From Candidatus Multivoradales bacterium (GTDB lineage: Bacteria; Acidobacteriota; Thermoanaerobaculia; Multivoradales; JAHEKO01), in NCBI GenBank assembly GCA_965223155.1, contig CBDCVR010000014.1, positions 1 through 64,000 of the forward strand: 64,000 bases of DNA, written 5' to 3'. The translations under genes were made by a program, and so were the position numbers. Below the pieces are notes generated by a model. The model searched no databases. It saw nothing but the letters and a program-made list of their open reading frames with translations, and had not been told where the DNA came from. Of this stretch, positions 9,461 through 18,889 are shown in pieces; the stretch's first letter is position 1, and the number at the start of each line of letters is the position of its first letter.

Positions 9461-10398
9461 GAGTAGTGCACCCGCCTCTCGATAAAAAAGACTTTGACCA
9501 GCGTCAGGATGAAAATGAAGATTAAAAACACCACCGTGAGTCCAGCGGCGTAGCTGGAGCGGAAAAATTCAAAGGCTTCCTGGTAGATGGCGTAGACGAG
9601 CACCATGGAGGCGTTGTCCGGGCCGCCCTGGGTCAGGACGTGCACGGTGTCGAAGACTTGGAACGAGCGGATAGCGCTGATCACCACCACGAACATGGTG
9701 ACGGGCGACAACAACGGCCAGGTGACGGTCCAAAAGCGATCCCAGGCGGTGCGGGCGCCGTCGACTTCCAGGGCGTCGTAGAGATCCCGCGGAATCGAGG
9801 TGAGGCCGGCCATAAAGAGCACCATGTTAAAGCCGATAGTCTGCCAGATGGCGATGGCGCACAGCGCGAAAAGCGCTGTTTCTTTGGTCGTGAGCCAGAA
9901 GGGACTGTCGATGCCAAAGAAGCTCAGCGTCAGGGCGAGCAGGCCGAATTTGGGGTGCAGCAAAAACTCCCAGACGATGGCCATGGCGATGAGCGTAGAC
10001 ATGACAGGCAGAAAATACACCGAGCGCCAAATGCCTTTGCCAATCGATAAGGACTCGATCAGCAGCGCGGCGCCGAGTCCCAACACCACCGATCCCGGCA
10101 CCACAATGGCGGCGTAAATGAAGGTGTTGAGCAGGGCTTTGCGGAACGTTTCCTCGCCTAGCATCTCGCGGTAGTTGTCGGCGCCGACCCAGGCGAAGTC
10201 CGCATCGCCGAGGCTCCAGTCGGTAAACGATAGCGCCACCACAGCGATGACGGGCGCGACGAGCAGCACGGTCATGAGGAAGAGGGCGGGGAGCGACAGA
10301 GCCCAGCCCGTGAGGTGATCGAGGGCGCGGCGGCTCAGGCTCAGCTTGACGTCAGGCGCCGCTATTGGCAGATCGAGGACTGCAGTCGGCTTAGCCAC
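9457..10398 (-). CDS. CUT1 ABC permease (UgpA-like)
   Basis: IPRDLYDALEVDGA, SFQVFD, TQGGP; GTG start overlapping the ATPase stop is inferred. Confidence 0.88.
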   Translation of the reverse strand: MAKPTAVLDLPIAAPDVKLSLSRRALDHLTGWALSLPALFLMTVLLVAPVIAVVALSFTDWSLGDADFAWVGADNYREMLGEETFRKALLNTFIYAAIVVPGSVVLGLGAALLIESLSIGKGIWRSVYFLPVMSTLIAMAIVWEFLLHPKFGLLALTLSFFGIDSPFWLTTKETALFALCAIAIWQTIGFNMVLFMAGLTSIPRDLYDALEVDGARTAWDRFWTVTWPLLSPVTMFVVVISAIRSFQVFDTVHVLTQGGPDNASMVLVYAIYQEAFEFFRSSYAAGLTVVFLIFIFILTLVKVFFIERRVHYS

Positions 10399-11554
10399 GC
10401 ACGCGCTCCTGTTGCTCGGTCGCTGCGAGGCTTGCCGGCAGGCGGCCGCCATCGGCGTCGAAGAGCAACACATCCATTGCGTCAAAGGTAATATCAAGGC
10501 GATCGCCCACCCGCACTCGCGGCAACAGCGCCGGTGGGATGCGGGCGATGACCGGCTCCGGGCTGTCGGAGTGCTCCAGGTGCACGAGCCCGTCGGAGCC
10601 TAAATTTTCCGTGTGCGTCACTGCGGCGCTACCGCTGTCGCCCCGCGGTTCGGCGACGGACATGGCCTCGGGGCGAACGCCAGCTTGTAGGCGCGCGCCG
10701 GGCGCCGCCTCGGTATCCATGGCGAAGCGCATGCCCGCGATATCGATGGTTTTGGCGTCCACGACGCTGGCCGTAAAGCGGTTGATTTTCGGGCTGCCGA
10801 TAAATTCCGCCACGCGCAGATCGGCGGGATGGCGGTAGATGTCGTCCGGCGCGCCGACCTGAATAAGATCGCCGTCCATCATCACGGCGACGCGATCCGA
10901 CATGGTCATGGCCTCGGCCTGATCGTGCGTCACGTAAATAAAGGTCACACCGATGCGGCGATGCAGTTGGGCGATTTCGGCGCGCATGTGCACCCGCAGT
11001 TTGGCGTCGAGATTAGAGAGCGGCTCGTCCATGAGAAAGGCGACTGGACGGCGCACCATGGCGCGGCCAACCGCGACGCGCTGGCGCTGGCCGCCGGAGA
11101 GCTGTCCGGGCTTGCGATGCAGCAAATGGGCGATATCGAGGGTCTCGGCCGCGTCGCGCACCTCGGCGGCAATGCCGCGCTCAAGGGCGGCTCGGCGCGG
11201 CGTCAAGCGCCCGAGCAGCGGCAAGCGGTGATGGAAGCCCAGACGCCGCATGCGCAGAGGCACGGCGATATTGTCAAAGACGCTGAGATGGGGATAGAGG
11301 GCATAGGATTGAAAGACCATGGCGAGGTCGCGGTCGCGCGGCCGCAGGTGGTCCACCGGGCGCTCGCCAATGCGCAGCGAACCGCTGCTTTGCTGTTCTA
11401 AACCGGCGATAATGCGTAGCAAGGTCGACTTGCCGCAGCCCGATGGGCCGACGAGCGTGAGGAATTCGCCGTCTTCGATCTCGAGGCTGATGTCGCGCAG
11501 CACCTGAGTGGCGCCAAAATTTTTGCTGATGTGATGCAGCGATACTTGAGCCAT
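10391..11554 (-). CDS. ABC ATPase (UgpC/MalK-like)
   Basis: GPSGCGKST, LSGGQRQR, DEPLSNLD, TOBE-like C-terminus. Confidence 0.92.
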   Translation of the reverse strand: MAQVSLHHISKNFGATQVLRDISLEIEDGEFLTLVGPSGCGKSTLLRIIAGLEQQSSGSLRIGERPVDHLRPRDRDLAMVFQSYALYPHLSVFDNIAVPLRMRRLGFHHRLPLLGRLTPRRAALERGIAAEVRDAAETLDIAHLLHRKPGQLSGGQRQRVAVGRAMVRRPVAFLMDEPLSNLDAKLRVHMRAEIAQLHRRIGVTFIYVTHDQAEAMTMSDRVAVMMDGDLIQVGAPDDIYRHPADLRVAEFIGSPKINRFTASVVDAKTIDIAGMRFAMDTEAAPGARLQAGVRPEAMSVAEPRGDSGSAAVTHTENLGSDGLVHLEHSDSPEPVIARIPPALLPRVRVGDRLDITFDAMDVLLFDADGGRLPASLAATEQQERVRG

Positions 11555-11631
11555 GGGGCGTATCTCGTGGCGCATGTGGGTTAACGTCTCTATCGGGGTG
11601 TCCTTAGCATGACATAGGTTTATGGGCGTAG

Positions 11632-11661
11632 GATAAAGACCAGGTTAAGAAATGATGAAGA
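11632..11661 (-). promoter_or_regulatory. Putative Pho box (3 units, 11-bp period)
   Basis: Minus-strand TCTTCATC-N3-TCTTAACC-N3-TCTTTATC upstream of the ABC operon. Confidence 0.7.
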
Positions 11662-11739
11662 CGAGGTGGTTTCGTCTTATCGAGACTGAACTCATTGCTG
11701 GGGTTTAACCATGGCGTCGAGGCGCTGTTGGAAACTCAT

Positions 11740-13380
11740 TTAGTTGGCGGCGCCACTCCAATCGAGCCGCATATCCCAGCGGAAGGCGCGAGACGGCGGC
11801 AGCGTCGGAGCGGTGCGATTGTCCACGTGTTGGTAGACGTTTGGAGGCGGCGTCACGGTGGCGTCGCGGCCATAGATGAAATCTTGGTCGTCGACGATGA
11901 CGCGGTAGGCTTTATTCAACATCAGGGCGCGTTGTCTCGACGGCGTGATCAGGTCGTAGACGTCCCTGGCTTGTTCGACGTTTTGGCGATTGACGGAGCC
12001 GTCCGGGTGAAACCAGCGCTGAAACATTTCCGCATTGCTGCGAAATTCGCCGCCGCCGCCGACGCGCTCAAAATAAGTGGCGATTTCACCGCGTGTTTCG
12101 CCGTGATTCGGGGCGTCCGGCATGCCTTTGAGATTGATGTAGCCCCAACCCTTAGCGCCGTCGATTTTGCGGGCGAAGCTGAAGGTCTTGTCAATGGTGG
12201 CGCCGACGGAACTGTGACAACCCATGCAAAAGAAATTTTCCTCATAGGTGCTCACGCGCAAGCGCCCTGTTTTGTCTTCGATAAATCCTTGAATCGACCA
12301 GCCGCTGCCATTGTCTAGGCCGTGATGCCCCACGTTGTGATAGCCCGGCAGGTTGCCCGCTTCTTTCTCGAATGATTCAAGTTGATAGCGCCGCGCGTAA
12401 ACGGACTTGGAATAATGCCGCCATTTGCGCATATAACGCACTTCTTTCATGCGCGTCGAGACGGTGATTTCGTCGTTGTCGCCGATCCCGACATACCTGA
12501 CAGTGTGCATAAATTCCGTGTGCGCCGGATAGATGTGCGGCGTGACTTGGGCCCCTGCCGCCGCGCCAACGTATTGGTCGACTTGGGTAATGCGGTCGAT
12601 GACGCCGAGCGCCGCATCGCCATTGAGATCCCGCCCTACGCGGCGTTCGTCAACGGGGAGCGAGCCGATAGCGTTGACGCCCTTGATATTGGCTTCCAGA
12701 ATGGCGAGGTTCGCTTTGTAGATGTCGGGCGAATAGTGGCCTTGCGCGTCCGTGCGATACGCTTCCGGCAGGCGGATCATCACGTCATCGGTCGAACCAT
12801 TGGTGGGCCAAAAGGTGCTGGGCAAGGGCTTGTAATTAAAAGCGGCCCAGCGGCTGCCGTCCCTGGCGAAGCCCTGTTCGTCAAAGGCGTCTGCGCCCTG
12901 GTGCAGATTCGCCAAATCCGGTATCCAGCCCTGAAACTGCGCGGCTCGCAGCCGGTCCGGCAGCTCGGAGTAATTGTCCTGATTGATATAGGCGAGGATC
13001 GCCGCGTCGCTGATTTGCGCCACGCGTTCAGAGCGATCCTCAAACAAGTTGTTCCAGCGATTCGTCATGCCTAGATCGCTAAAGCTATAGGCCACTTGCA
13101 GATCGCCGTCATTCATGACGTTTTCGCGCCCTGCGATGGCGTTTTGGTGGCAGATGTAGCACGGGTTGTAGCGGCCTTCGGTGCGCGTGTAGCACTGCGG
13201 CGGAATGATCGCTTCCCGGTTGTAGACGGTTTTCAGGGGGTGCACATCGGGGGCGAACGGGATAATGGCGGGGCGCTCCCGCAGCGCTTGTAGAACTTGC
13301 TCATGCCATGCGGCGGGCGTTTGGGCGTTGGCAGCGTAAGTCAGGCAGAGGATGCAGCAGGCCAGGATGAGGCGATACAT
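11740..13380 (-). CDS. Secreted protein with two CxxCH motifs (putative dihaem cytochrome c)
   Basis: Signal peptide; CYICH and CMGCH. Confidence 0.75.
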   Translation of the reverse strand: MYRLILACCILCLTYAANAQTPAAWHEQVLQALRERPAIIPFAPDVHPLKTVYNREAIIPPQCYTRTEGRYNPCYICHQNAIAGRENVMNDGDLQVAYSFSDLGMTNRWNNLFEDRSERVAQISDAAILAYINQDNYSELPDRLRAAQFQGWIPDLANLHQGADAFDEQGFARDGSRWAAFNYKPLPSTFWPTNGSTDDVMIRLPEAYRTDAQGHYSPDIYKANLAILEANIKGVNAIGSLPVDERRVGRDLNGDAALGVIDRITQVDQYVGAAAGAQVTPHIYPAHTEFMHTVRYVGIGDNDEITVSTRMKEVRYMRKWRHYSKSVYARRYQLESFEKEAGNLPGYHNVGHHGLDNGSGWSIQGFIEDKTGRLRVSTYEENFFCMGCHSSVGATIDKTFSFARKIDGAKGWGYINLKGMPDAPNHGETRGEIATYFERVGGGGEFRSNAEMFQRWFHPDGSVNRQNVEQARDVYDLITPSRQRALMLNKAYRVIVDDQDFIYGRDATVTPPPNVYQHVDNRTAPTLPPSRAFRWDMRLDWSGAAN

Positions 13381-13409
13381 CTTTGTGAGACCTTATTGTT
13401 GGGTAGACA

Positions 13410-13434
13410 ACGCCTGCCCCGTACGGGCAGGCGT
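13410..13434. terminator. Intercistronic stem-loop
   Basis: ACGCCTGCCC-N5-GGGCAGGCGT, a perfect 10-bp stem with no U-tract. Confidence 0.45.
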
Positions 13435-13465
13435 CAAGTGATCGGATACGTCGATGTGAGGGACG

Positions 13466-14920
13466 TTACGGCAATGTTGCCGCCGGCGGGGGTACGACGT
13501 TGGTGAGGTCGAACAGCCAGACCGCATCGCCAAAGCCCTCGGGCACGTTCGCCAGGTTGGTGCTATCCGGATGTTGCACCGCCAGGGCGAACTCATTCGG
13601 TTTGGCGGGATTGAAGATCATGCCGGTCGATTCGGCGCCATCCGCTTGCAGGCTCATAAAGTGATCGAGAGACTCGGCCACCCCGTCATTATCGACGTCG
13701 CGGACAAACCAGATGTCGCCGCCGACATCCGAACTGTTCGGGGCATCCTCGATAATATAGATGTTGCCATTGGCCTGCAGGGCGAGGTTGTCAGGGGAGT
13801 TGAGGACGCCGGTGGTGCTGGGGAAGCCCAGGTTCTTCGGCGTATCGGCGTTGGCCAAGATGCCTACGATGGCTTTTTGCCGATTGATGATCTCGACGGA
13901 GTAAATGGTATTTTCGGAGGTCATCGCAATGTAGAGGACTTCATGGCCATTAGCCAATCTGCTGACGACCATATCCTCTGGGCGGCCATACGGCGTGCCG
14001 CCCATTTCGTCGGCGGAGACCCGCCCGCCGCGCGTGTCATCATTGACACGTGGATCGTTGGTCGGACCATTGCGGTGCGGATCCGTAGGCGTCCGCGACC
14101 GGCCCGATCGCCACGTGATCCGCTTCCAAGTTGCGGGGCCCGTGCGAATCGCATTTTCATTCGACGGATCGTTCCAGAGGTCCGCTGGCTCACCGTCAAA
14201 GGCGTCGACGCTCAGCACAAACGTCACCCCCTCTGTGTAGTCGCCAGCCTTGTTCATGACAAATTTGTAGATCGAGCCTGAGTTCCACTCGTCAATGTAA
14301 TAAATGGCCCGCGGATCCCGCTTGCTGAAGTTGATGCCTTCATGCGCCACATTGGCGATGCTATCCAATTCCCGAATTTCAATATCAGCAGGGTCAGCCA
14401 TCGGATTCATCACTTCGATAATCCGGCCTTCCGCCGTCCATTCTTCACCCAAGAAGAGCGTGCCGTTGGGAGTGAAGCGCGCCGGGTCGAAGGCGCCGTA
14501 GTCGTTGGACCAGTCCCCCACAGCGCCGTTTTCGTCGCCTTTAAAGAGCATCACGGTGGTGCGATTGGCGATATCGTGCCGCGAGGCGCCCGCGCCAAAT
14601 GGGGTTTCATGCGGGATGAATAAGTAGTTGCCGGTGGGATCATAGGCGAGCATATCAAACATCGACGATGAGTTGCCCGCATCCACCCGGAGAATGGATT
14701 GGCTGGCGTCAGCCTCAACTTCCGCTAAACTGAGCAAGTTTTCCTGGGTCAATCCAGGGGGCGTTTGCCAGGGCGAGTGGAGTTCGTTGATGTGGTTGGG
14801 CGACGCAACCGCGGATGATTGCGTCAAGGGGTTGAAAAAGATGTCCGTTCCGGCCATGGCGGCCGGCGCGCAAGCGAGCGCGATTGCGGCGGCTAAGCCG
14901 CCAAGCATAGACGTACGCAT
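13466..14920 (-). CDS. PhoX/DUF839-like phosphatase, divergent
   Basis: TPNGTLFLGEE, HEG, RPED, SPDNL, IEDA, ESTG, VQHP motifs; Sec-type signal. Confidence 0.8.
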   Translation of the reverse strand: MRTSMLGGLAAAIALACAPAAMAGTDIFFNPLTQSSAVASPNHINELHSPWQTPPGLTQENLLSLAEVEADASQSILRVDAGNSSSMFDMLAYDPTGNYLFIPHETPFGAGASRHDIANRTTVMLFKGDENGAVGDWSNDYGAFDPARFTPNGTLFLGEEWTAEGRIIEVMNPMADPADIEIRELDSIANVAHEGINFSKRDPRAIYYIDEWNSGSIYKFVMNKAGDYTEGVTFVLSVDAFDGEPADLWNDPSNENAIRTGPATWKRITWRSGRSRTPTDPHRNGPTNDPRVNDDTRGGRVSADEMGGTPYGRPEDMVVSRLANGHEVLYIAMTSENTIYSVEIINRQKAIVGILANADTPKNLGFPSTTGVLNSPDNLALQANGNIYIIEDAPNSSDVGGDIWFVRDVDNDGVAESLDHFMSLQADGAESTGMIFNPAKPNEFALAVQHPDSTNLANVPEGFGDAVWLFDLTNVVPPPAATLP

Positions 14921-15005
14921 ACTGGGAGTCCTTCATACCACGTAACCATGGGAGCCATATCCTCGGAAGGATGTTCAAAAGGGATGAGAGACTCTAAAAA
15001 ATATT

Positions 15006-15263
15006 AATTAAGAATATGTCAAGAAATAAATAGAACAATATGAATAAAACGTTAATATTAAGTGAAGTTAAGATACCATATAGAGCTGGTTAGCATTGTA
15101 TTAACACAAGACAATATGAGACTTGTTTCCAGTATAGAGTATGGATGATTTACAAAAGGGTTAGGGCTTTGATACGGCGGATTTGATAGACGCCAAGGCG
15201 CTTCTAACACATTATTCTCCCTCCTCTTAACCTTACTGATCAAATCTTCACGAATTTATAACC
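15006..15263. promoter_or_regulatory. AT-rich divergent promoter region with Pho-box-like units in both directions
   Basis: Minus strand TCTTAATT (15006) and TCTTGACA (15017), with weaker units continuing at 11-bp steps to 15061; plus strand TCTTAACC (15225), TCTTCACG (15245), TTATAACC (15256). Confidence 0.5.
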
Positions 15264-15347
15264 GAAAAAAAACATCGCTATCGTACCATCTCATCAGGCG
15301 AAGACGGTTACCTGCCATCGCATAAGCGGAATAGAAGTCAAGCCCTG

Positions 15348-16562
15348 ATGCACACATTATCCTCGATTGGACCTCAGCATAGCGAGGCGCTGCGGCGGCA
15401 TTTCTGCATGGTCACCGAAACCTATGCGCCTGAAATCAATGGCGTAGCCTTGACGCTTGAGCGCCTGGCGACCGGTTTGATGGCGCGCGGACATGGCGTT
15501 TCCGTCGTCTGCCCGCGGCAACCGCAGATCGATCGCCCCAACACCGGCGGCAGCCCGCTGTTCACTCTGACGCGCGGTTTGCCGCTGCCGGGTTATCAGG
15601 GACTGCGCTTTGGCCTCCCGGCCGGGAAATTGCTGCGGAGCCAGTGGCGGCGGCGCCGTCCCGATGTGGTGTATGTGGCGACGGAGGGACCACTGGGTTG
15701 GTCGGCGATGCAAACGGCGCGGCGGCTGCGCATTCCGGTCATCAGCGGCTTTCACACCAATTTCGATCGGTACGTCCAATACTATGGCGCGGGCTGTTTG
15801 CAAGGCATGATCGCCCGCTATCTGCGCGCCTTTCACAACCGCACCCTGCGCACCCTGACGCCGAGCGAAGATTTGCGCCAGCGGCTGCTCGGCCTGGGCG
15901 TCAAGGAGGCGCAGGTGCTGAGCCGCGGCGTGGACTGCCAGCGGTTTGATCCAGCGCGCCGCAGCGCTGAGCTGCGCGCCCGGTGGGGCGTCGCGACCTG
16001 CGACCTCGCGGCGCTCTACGTGGGGCGCGTGGCGCCGGAGAAAAATTTACAGCTCGCCGTCGACGCCTATCGCGCCATGCAACGCCATCCGGCAGCCGCT
16101 AAGTTAGTCATCGTCGGGGATGGGCCGCTGCGCAAAGCCTTGCAAAAAGCGCATCCCGATCTCATCTACTGCGGCGTGCAAACCGGCGAGGCGCTCGCCG
16201 AGCATTACGCCTCGGCCGACATCTTTCTCTTTCCCAGCGAAACGGAGACGTTTGGCAATGTGACGTTGGAGGCCATGGCCAGCGGGCTGGCTGTCGTGGC
16301 CTATAACTATGCTGCGGCGCGGATGCACATCACCGACGGCGAAACGGGGGTGCTGGCGCCCTATGGCGACGCCCCCGCCTTTGTCGACGCTGCGGCGCGG
16401 CTGGCTCGCGATGAGGGGCTGCGTCAACAAACGCGCCGCCAGGCGCGCGCCTATGCGATGCAGATCGATTGGCAGCGCGTCGTCGAACACTTTGAAGGGT
16501 TGCTGACTGACGTCTTACCCGGCAAGGCGGCGCATGATCCGGCTCCATCTCTCACACGGTAA
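15348..16562 (+). CDS. GT4 glycosyltransferase (Agt/SqdX/MgtA-like glycolipid synthase)
   Basis: VTETYAPEINGVA, ATEGPLG, FHTNF, YVGRVAPEKN, FPSETETFGNVTLEAMASG. Confidence 0.88.
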   Translation: MHTLSSIGPQHSEALRRHFCMVTETYAPEINGVALTLERLATGLMARGHGVSVVCPRQPQIDRPNTGGSPLFTLTRGLPLPGYQGLRFGLPAGKLLRSQWRRRRPDVVYVATEGPLGWSAMQTARRLRIPVISGFHTNFDRYVQYYGAGCLQGMIARYLRAFHNRTLRTLTPSEDLRQRLLGLGVKEAQVLSRGVDCQRFDPARRSAELRARWGVATCDLAALYVGRVAPEKNLQLAVDAYRAMQRHPAAAKLVIVGDGPLRKALQKAHPDLIYCGVQTGEALAEHYASADIFLFPSETETFGNVTLEAMASGLAVVAYNYAAARMHITDGETGVLAPYGDAPAFVDAAARLARDEGLRQQTRRQARAYAMQIDWQRVVEHFEGLLTDVLPGKAAHDPAPSLTR

Positions 16563-16579
16563 CGCAGACAGGAGGACAT

Positions 16580-18889
16580 ATGTTCGTAGGCGAAGCTCTA
16601 TCCAGATGGACGGCGTGTCTTGGCATGAACTCGGCGGCGTCTTGCGCCTGGGGCGCAGCGGATGTCTGGCTATTGCTGTTGCTGACGCTCCTGGCTGCCG
16701 TCGCGATGGCGGCCGGCCGCAGGCTCACCGTGACGCTGCTGACGATGCGGGCCGTGGCCTTCGCACCCACGCTGTCGCGGCGCCTGGCGCGATGGGTCCA
16801 ATCGCACGCCTATTCCGAAGACGCCTTTTTCGCCGCTGATGGCGCGGAAGGCCCCTGGATTGTGAGGCGCCAACAGGCCCTCGAACGCCTGGCCAACCAT
16901 TTTCAGGCGCAGGGCGTCAAGTCGAGAGCCTGGGGCGACCACATTCGCGAGAGCTTCTCCGACTTGCGTTTTACCGACGCCAACCGCGTGCCCTTCCCTT
17001 TTATGAAGGTGATGCGCGACAAATTTAGCCTGTGCTCGGTGGTGACGGCATCAGACGGACCGAAATTGCGCGACCTCGATGACCAGTGGACCCTGGACGT
17101 CAGCGGCTCCTACGGCGTCAACGTGGCCGGTTACGACCGCTACAAGGCCTGGATGCAACGGGGCTGGGAACGCGTCAAAGCGCTAGGGCCGGTGCTGGGG
17201 CCCCTGCACCCCGTGGTGGCCGAGAACATCGACATCCTCAAATCCATCTCCAAGCTCGATGAAGTGTCCTTCCACATGAGCGGCACCGAGGCGGTAATGG
17301 CCGCTGTGCGCCTGGCCCGTTTTAATACCCGCCGCAAGCTGGTCGTGTGCTTTTCAGGCGCCTATCACGGCTGGTGGGACGGCGTGCAACCCGGCCTGGG
17401 CAGCGAGCGGGAGATCAGCGATTGCCTGACCCTCAAGGACTTGCATCCGGCCTCGCTCGACGTCATTCGCTTGCGCGCCAAAGACATCGCCGGGGTGTTG
17501 GTCAACCCCGTGCAGTCGTTCCACCCCAATTCGCCGCCGCCCAGCGATGCGGTGCTGCTCACCAGCAACATGCGCCAAACCCAGGACGCCAATGCGCGCT
17601 ATGGGCAGTGGCTCAAAGAGTTGCGCGAGGTGTGCCGGGCGTGCGACATCCCGCTGGTTTTCGACGAGGTCTACTCCGGTTTTCGCCTTGCCCCAGGCGG
17701 CGCGCAGGCCTATTTCGGCGTGCAGGCCGACATCGTCGTATACGGCAAAACCGTGGCCGGCGGCATGCCCATCGGTGTGGTCTGCGGCAAGAAAGACCTG
17801 ATGCGGCGCTTTGATCCCGAGCGCCCTATGCGCATCGCCTATGTCATTGGCACCTTTTCCGCCCACCCGCTGGTGATGGGCGCGATGAACGAATTTTTGC
17901 GCTGGGTCACACAACCGGAAGCGGCCCAGCTCTACGACGACGCCAATACGCAATGCGCAGCGTGGGCGGGCGAAACCAATGCGCAACTAGCGGCGGCCGA
18001 CGCGCCGATTCGCATCGTCAATCTGGCCACGGTGTGGACGGTGCTCTTTAAGGCGCCGAGCCGCTATAACTGGTTGCTGCAATATTACTTGCGCGCCGAA
18101 GGCGTAGCGCTGAGCTGGGTGGGAACGGGCCGCTGCCTCAGCAGTTTAGACTTTACGCCAGAGGACTATCAAGAATTACAAGGCAAATTTTTAAATGCCG
18201 CGCAACAAATGAAACGCGACGGCTGGTGGTTGAGTGAACAGGAGCAACCAGGAAGGGAGAAGAAAATGAAGTTTCGACTGATTTGGGAAATGCTTGGAAG
18301 TTTGGCGCCAGTCCCAAAACCTTTGCACAGTTTTTACGCTGAGGTCATGCGGCGTAAGCATGATGACCATGTCGCCTCTCACAGCCATGCCCTCAACCAA
18401 TTTTTACATATTGTTAGTTCAAGCGTATTTATCTATTGTTACTTCTTACTGTTCACCAACCTAACCATGGCCGTTTGCTTTAGCTTGGCCGCGTTGTTTG
18501 TGCGGCAATTTGGCCACGCCATTGTCGAGCCGCCATGCCACGACAAAGAAGAGTTTCTCCTCGGGTTTAACACGCGCAACAAAACCCTGATCGTCGCCGG
18601 CTACCTCGCCATTCCCATCATCAACATGCTTGGTGCAGAGAGCTGGACATGGGCGGCCTTTATGGGTAAACTGCCGGCCATCGCGCAACAATGGTTTGGC
18701 TTGACGGCGCTGGTGGTGTTGGGGCGGGTGCTCTATCTGATCAAGGCCTACAACTTCCGATTATCGATGGTCTGGTTTGTCAAGCTGATCACCGATCCCT
18801 TTACCGATATCGTGGCCTACTCGCCCCGCTATCTCAACGCCTATCAGCTGCTATTGCCAATGTCTTTTCGCAAGGGTGGGCATAAATGA
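16580..18889 (+). CDS. Class-III PLP aminotransferase (HemL-like fold) fused to Mpo1/DUF962-like membrane domain
   Basis: SGTEAVMAAVRLAR, FSGAYHGW, FDEVYSGFR, YGKT (PLP Lys), GTFSAHP; C-terminal HVASHSHALNQFLH and RQFGHAIVEP with transmembrane helices. Confidence 0.82.
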   Translation: MFVGEALSRWTACLGMNSAASCAWGAADVWLLLLLTLLAAVAMAAGRRLTVTLLTMRAVAFAPTLSRRLARWVQSHAYSEDAFFAADGAEGPWIVRRQQALERLANHFQAQGVKSRAWGDHIRESFSDLRFTDANRVPFPFMKVMRDKFSLCSVVTASDGPKLRDLDDQWTLDVSGSYGVNVAGYDRYKAWMQRGWERVKALGPVLGPLHPVVAENIDILKSISKLDEVSFHMSGTEAVMAAVRLARFNTRRKLVVCFSGAYHGWWDGVQPGLGSEREISDCLTLKDLHPASLDVIRLRAKDIAGVLVNPVQSFHPNSPPPSDAVLLTSNMRQTQDANARYGQWLKELREVCRACDIPLVFDEVYSGFRLAPGGAQAYFGVQADIVVYGKTVAGGMPIGVVCGKKDLMRRFDPERPMRIAYVIGTFSAHPLVMGAMNEFLRWVTQPEAAQLYDDANTQCAAWAGETNAQLAAADAPIRIVNLATVWTVLFKAPSRYNWLLQYYLRAEGVALSWVGTGRCLSSLDFTPEDYQELQGKFLNAAQQMKRDGWWLSEQEQPGREKKMKFRLIWEMLGSLAPVPKPLHSFYAEVMRRKHDDHVASHSHALNQFLHIVSSSVFIYCYFLLFTNLTMAVCFSLAALFVRQFGHAIVEPPCHDKEEFLLGFNTRNKTLIVAGYLAIPIINMLGAESWTWAAFMGKLPAIAQQWFGLTALVVLGRVLYLIKAYNFRLSMVWFVKLITDPFTDIVAYSPRYLNAYQLLLPMSFRKGGHK

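Noticed and set aside
16580-18300. Calling the aminotransferase hemL
   Set aside because: Same fold, but it has a long insertion, a membrane anchor, a fused domain and a lipid-gene context.
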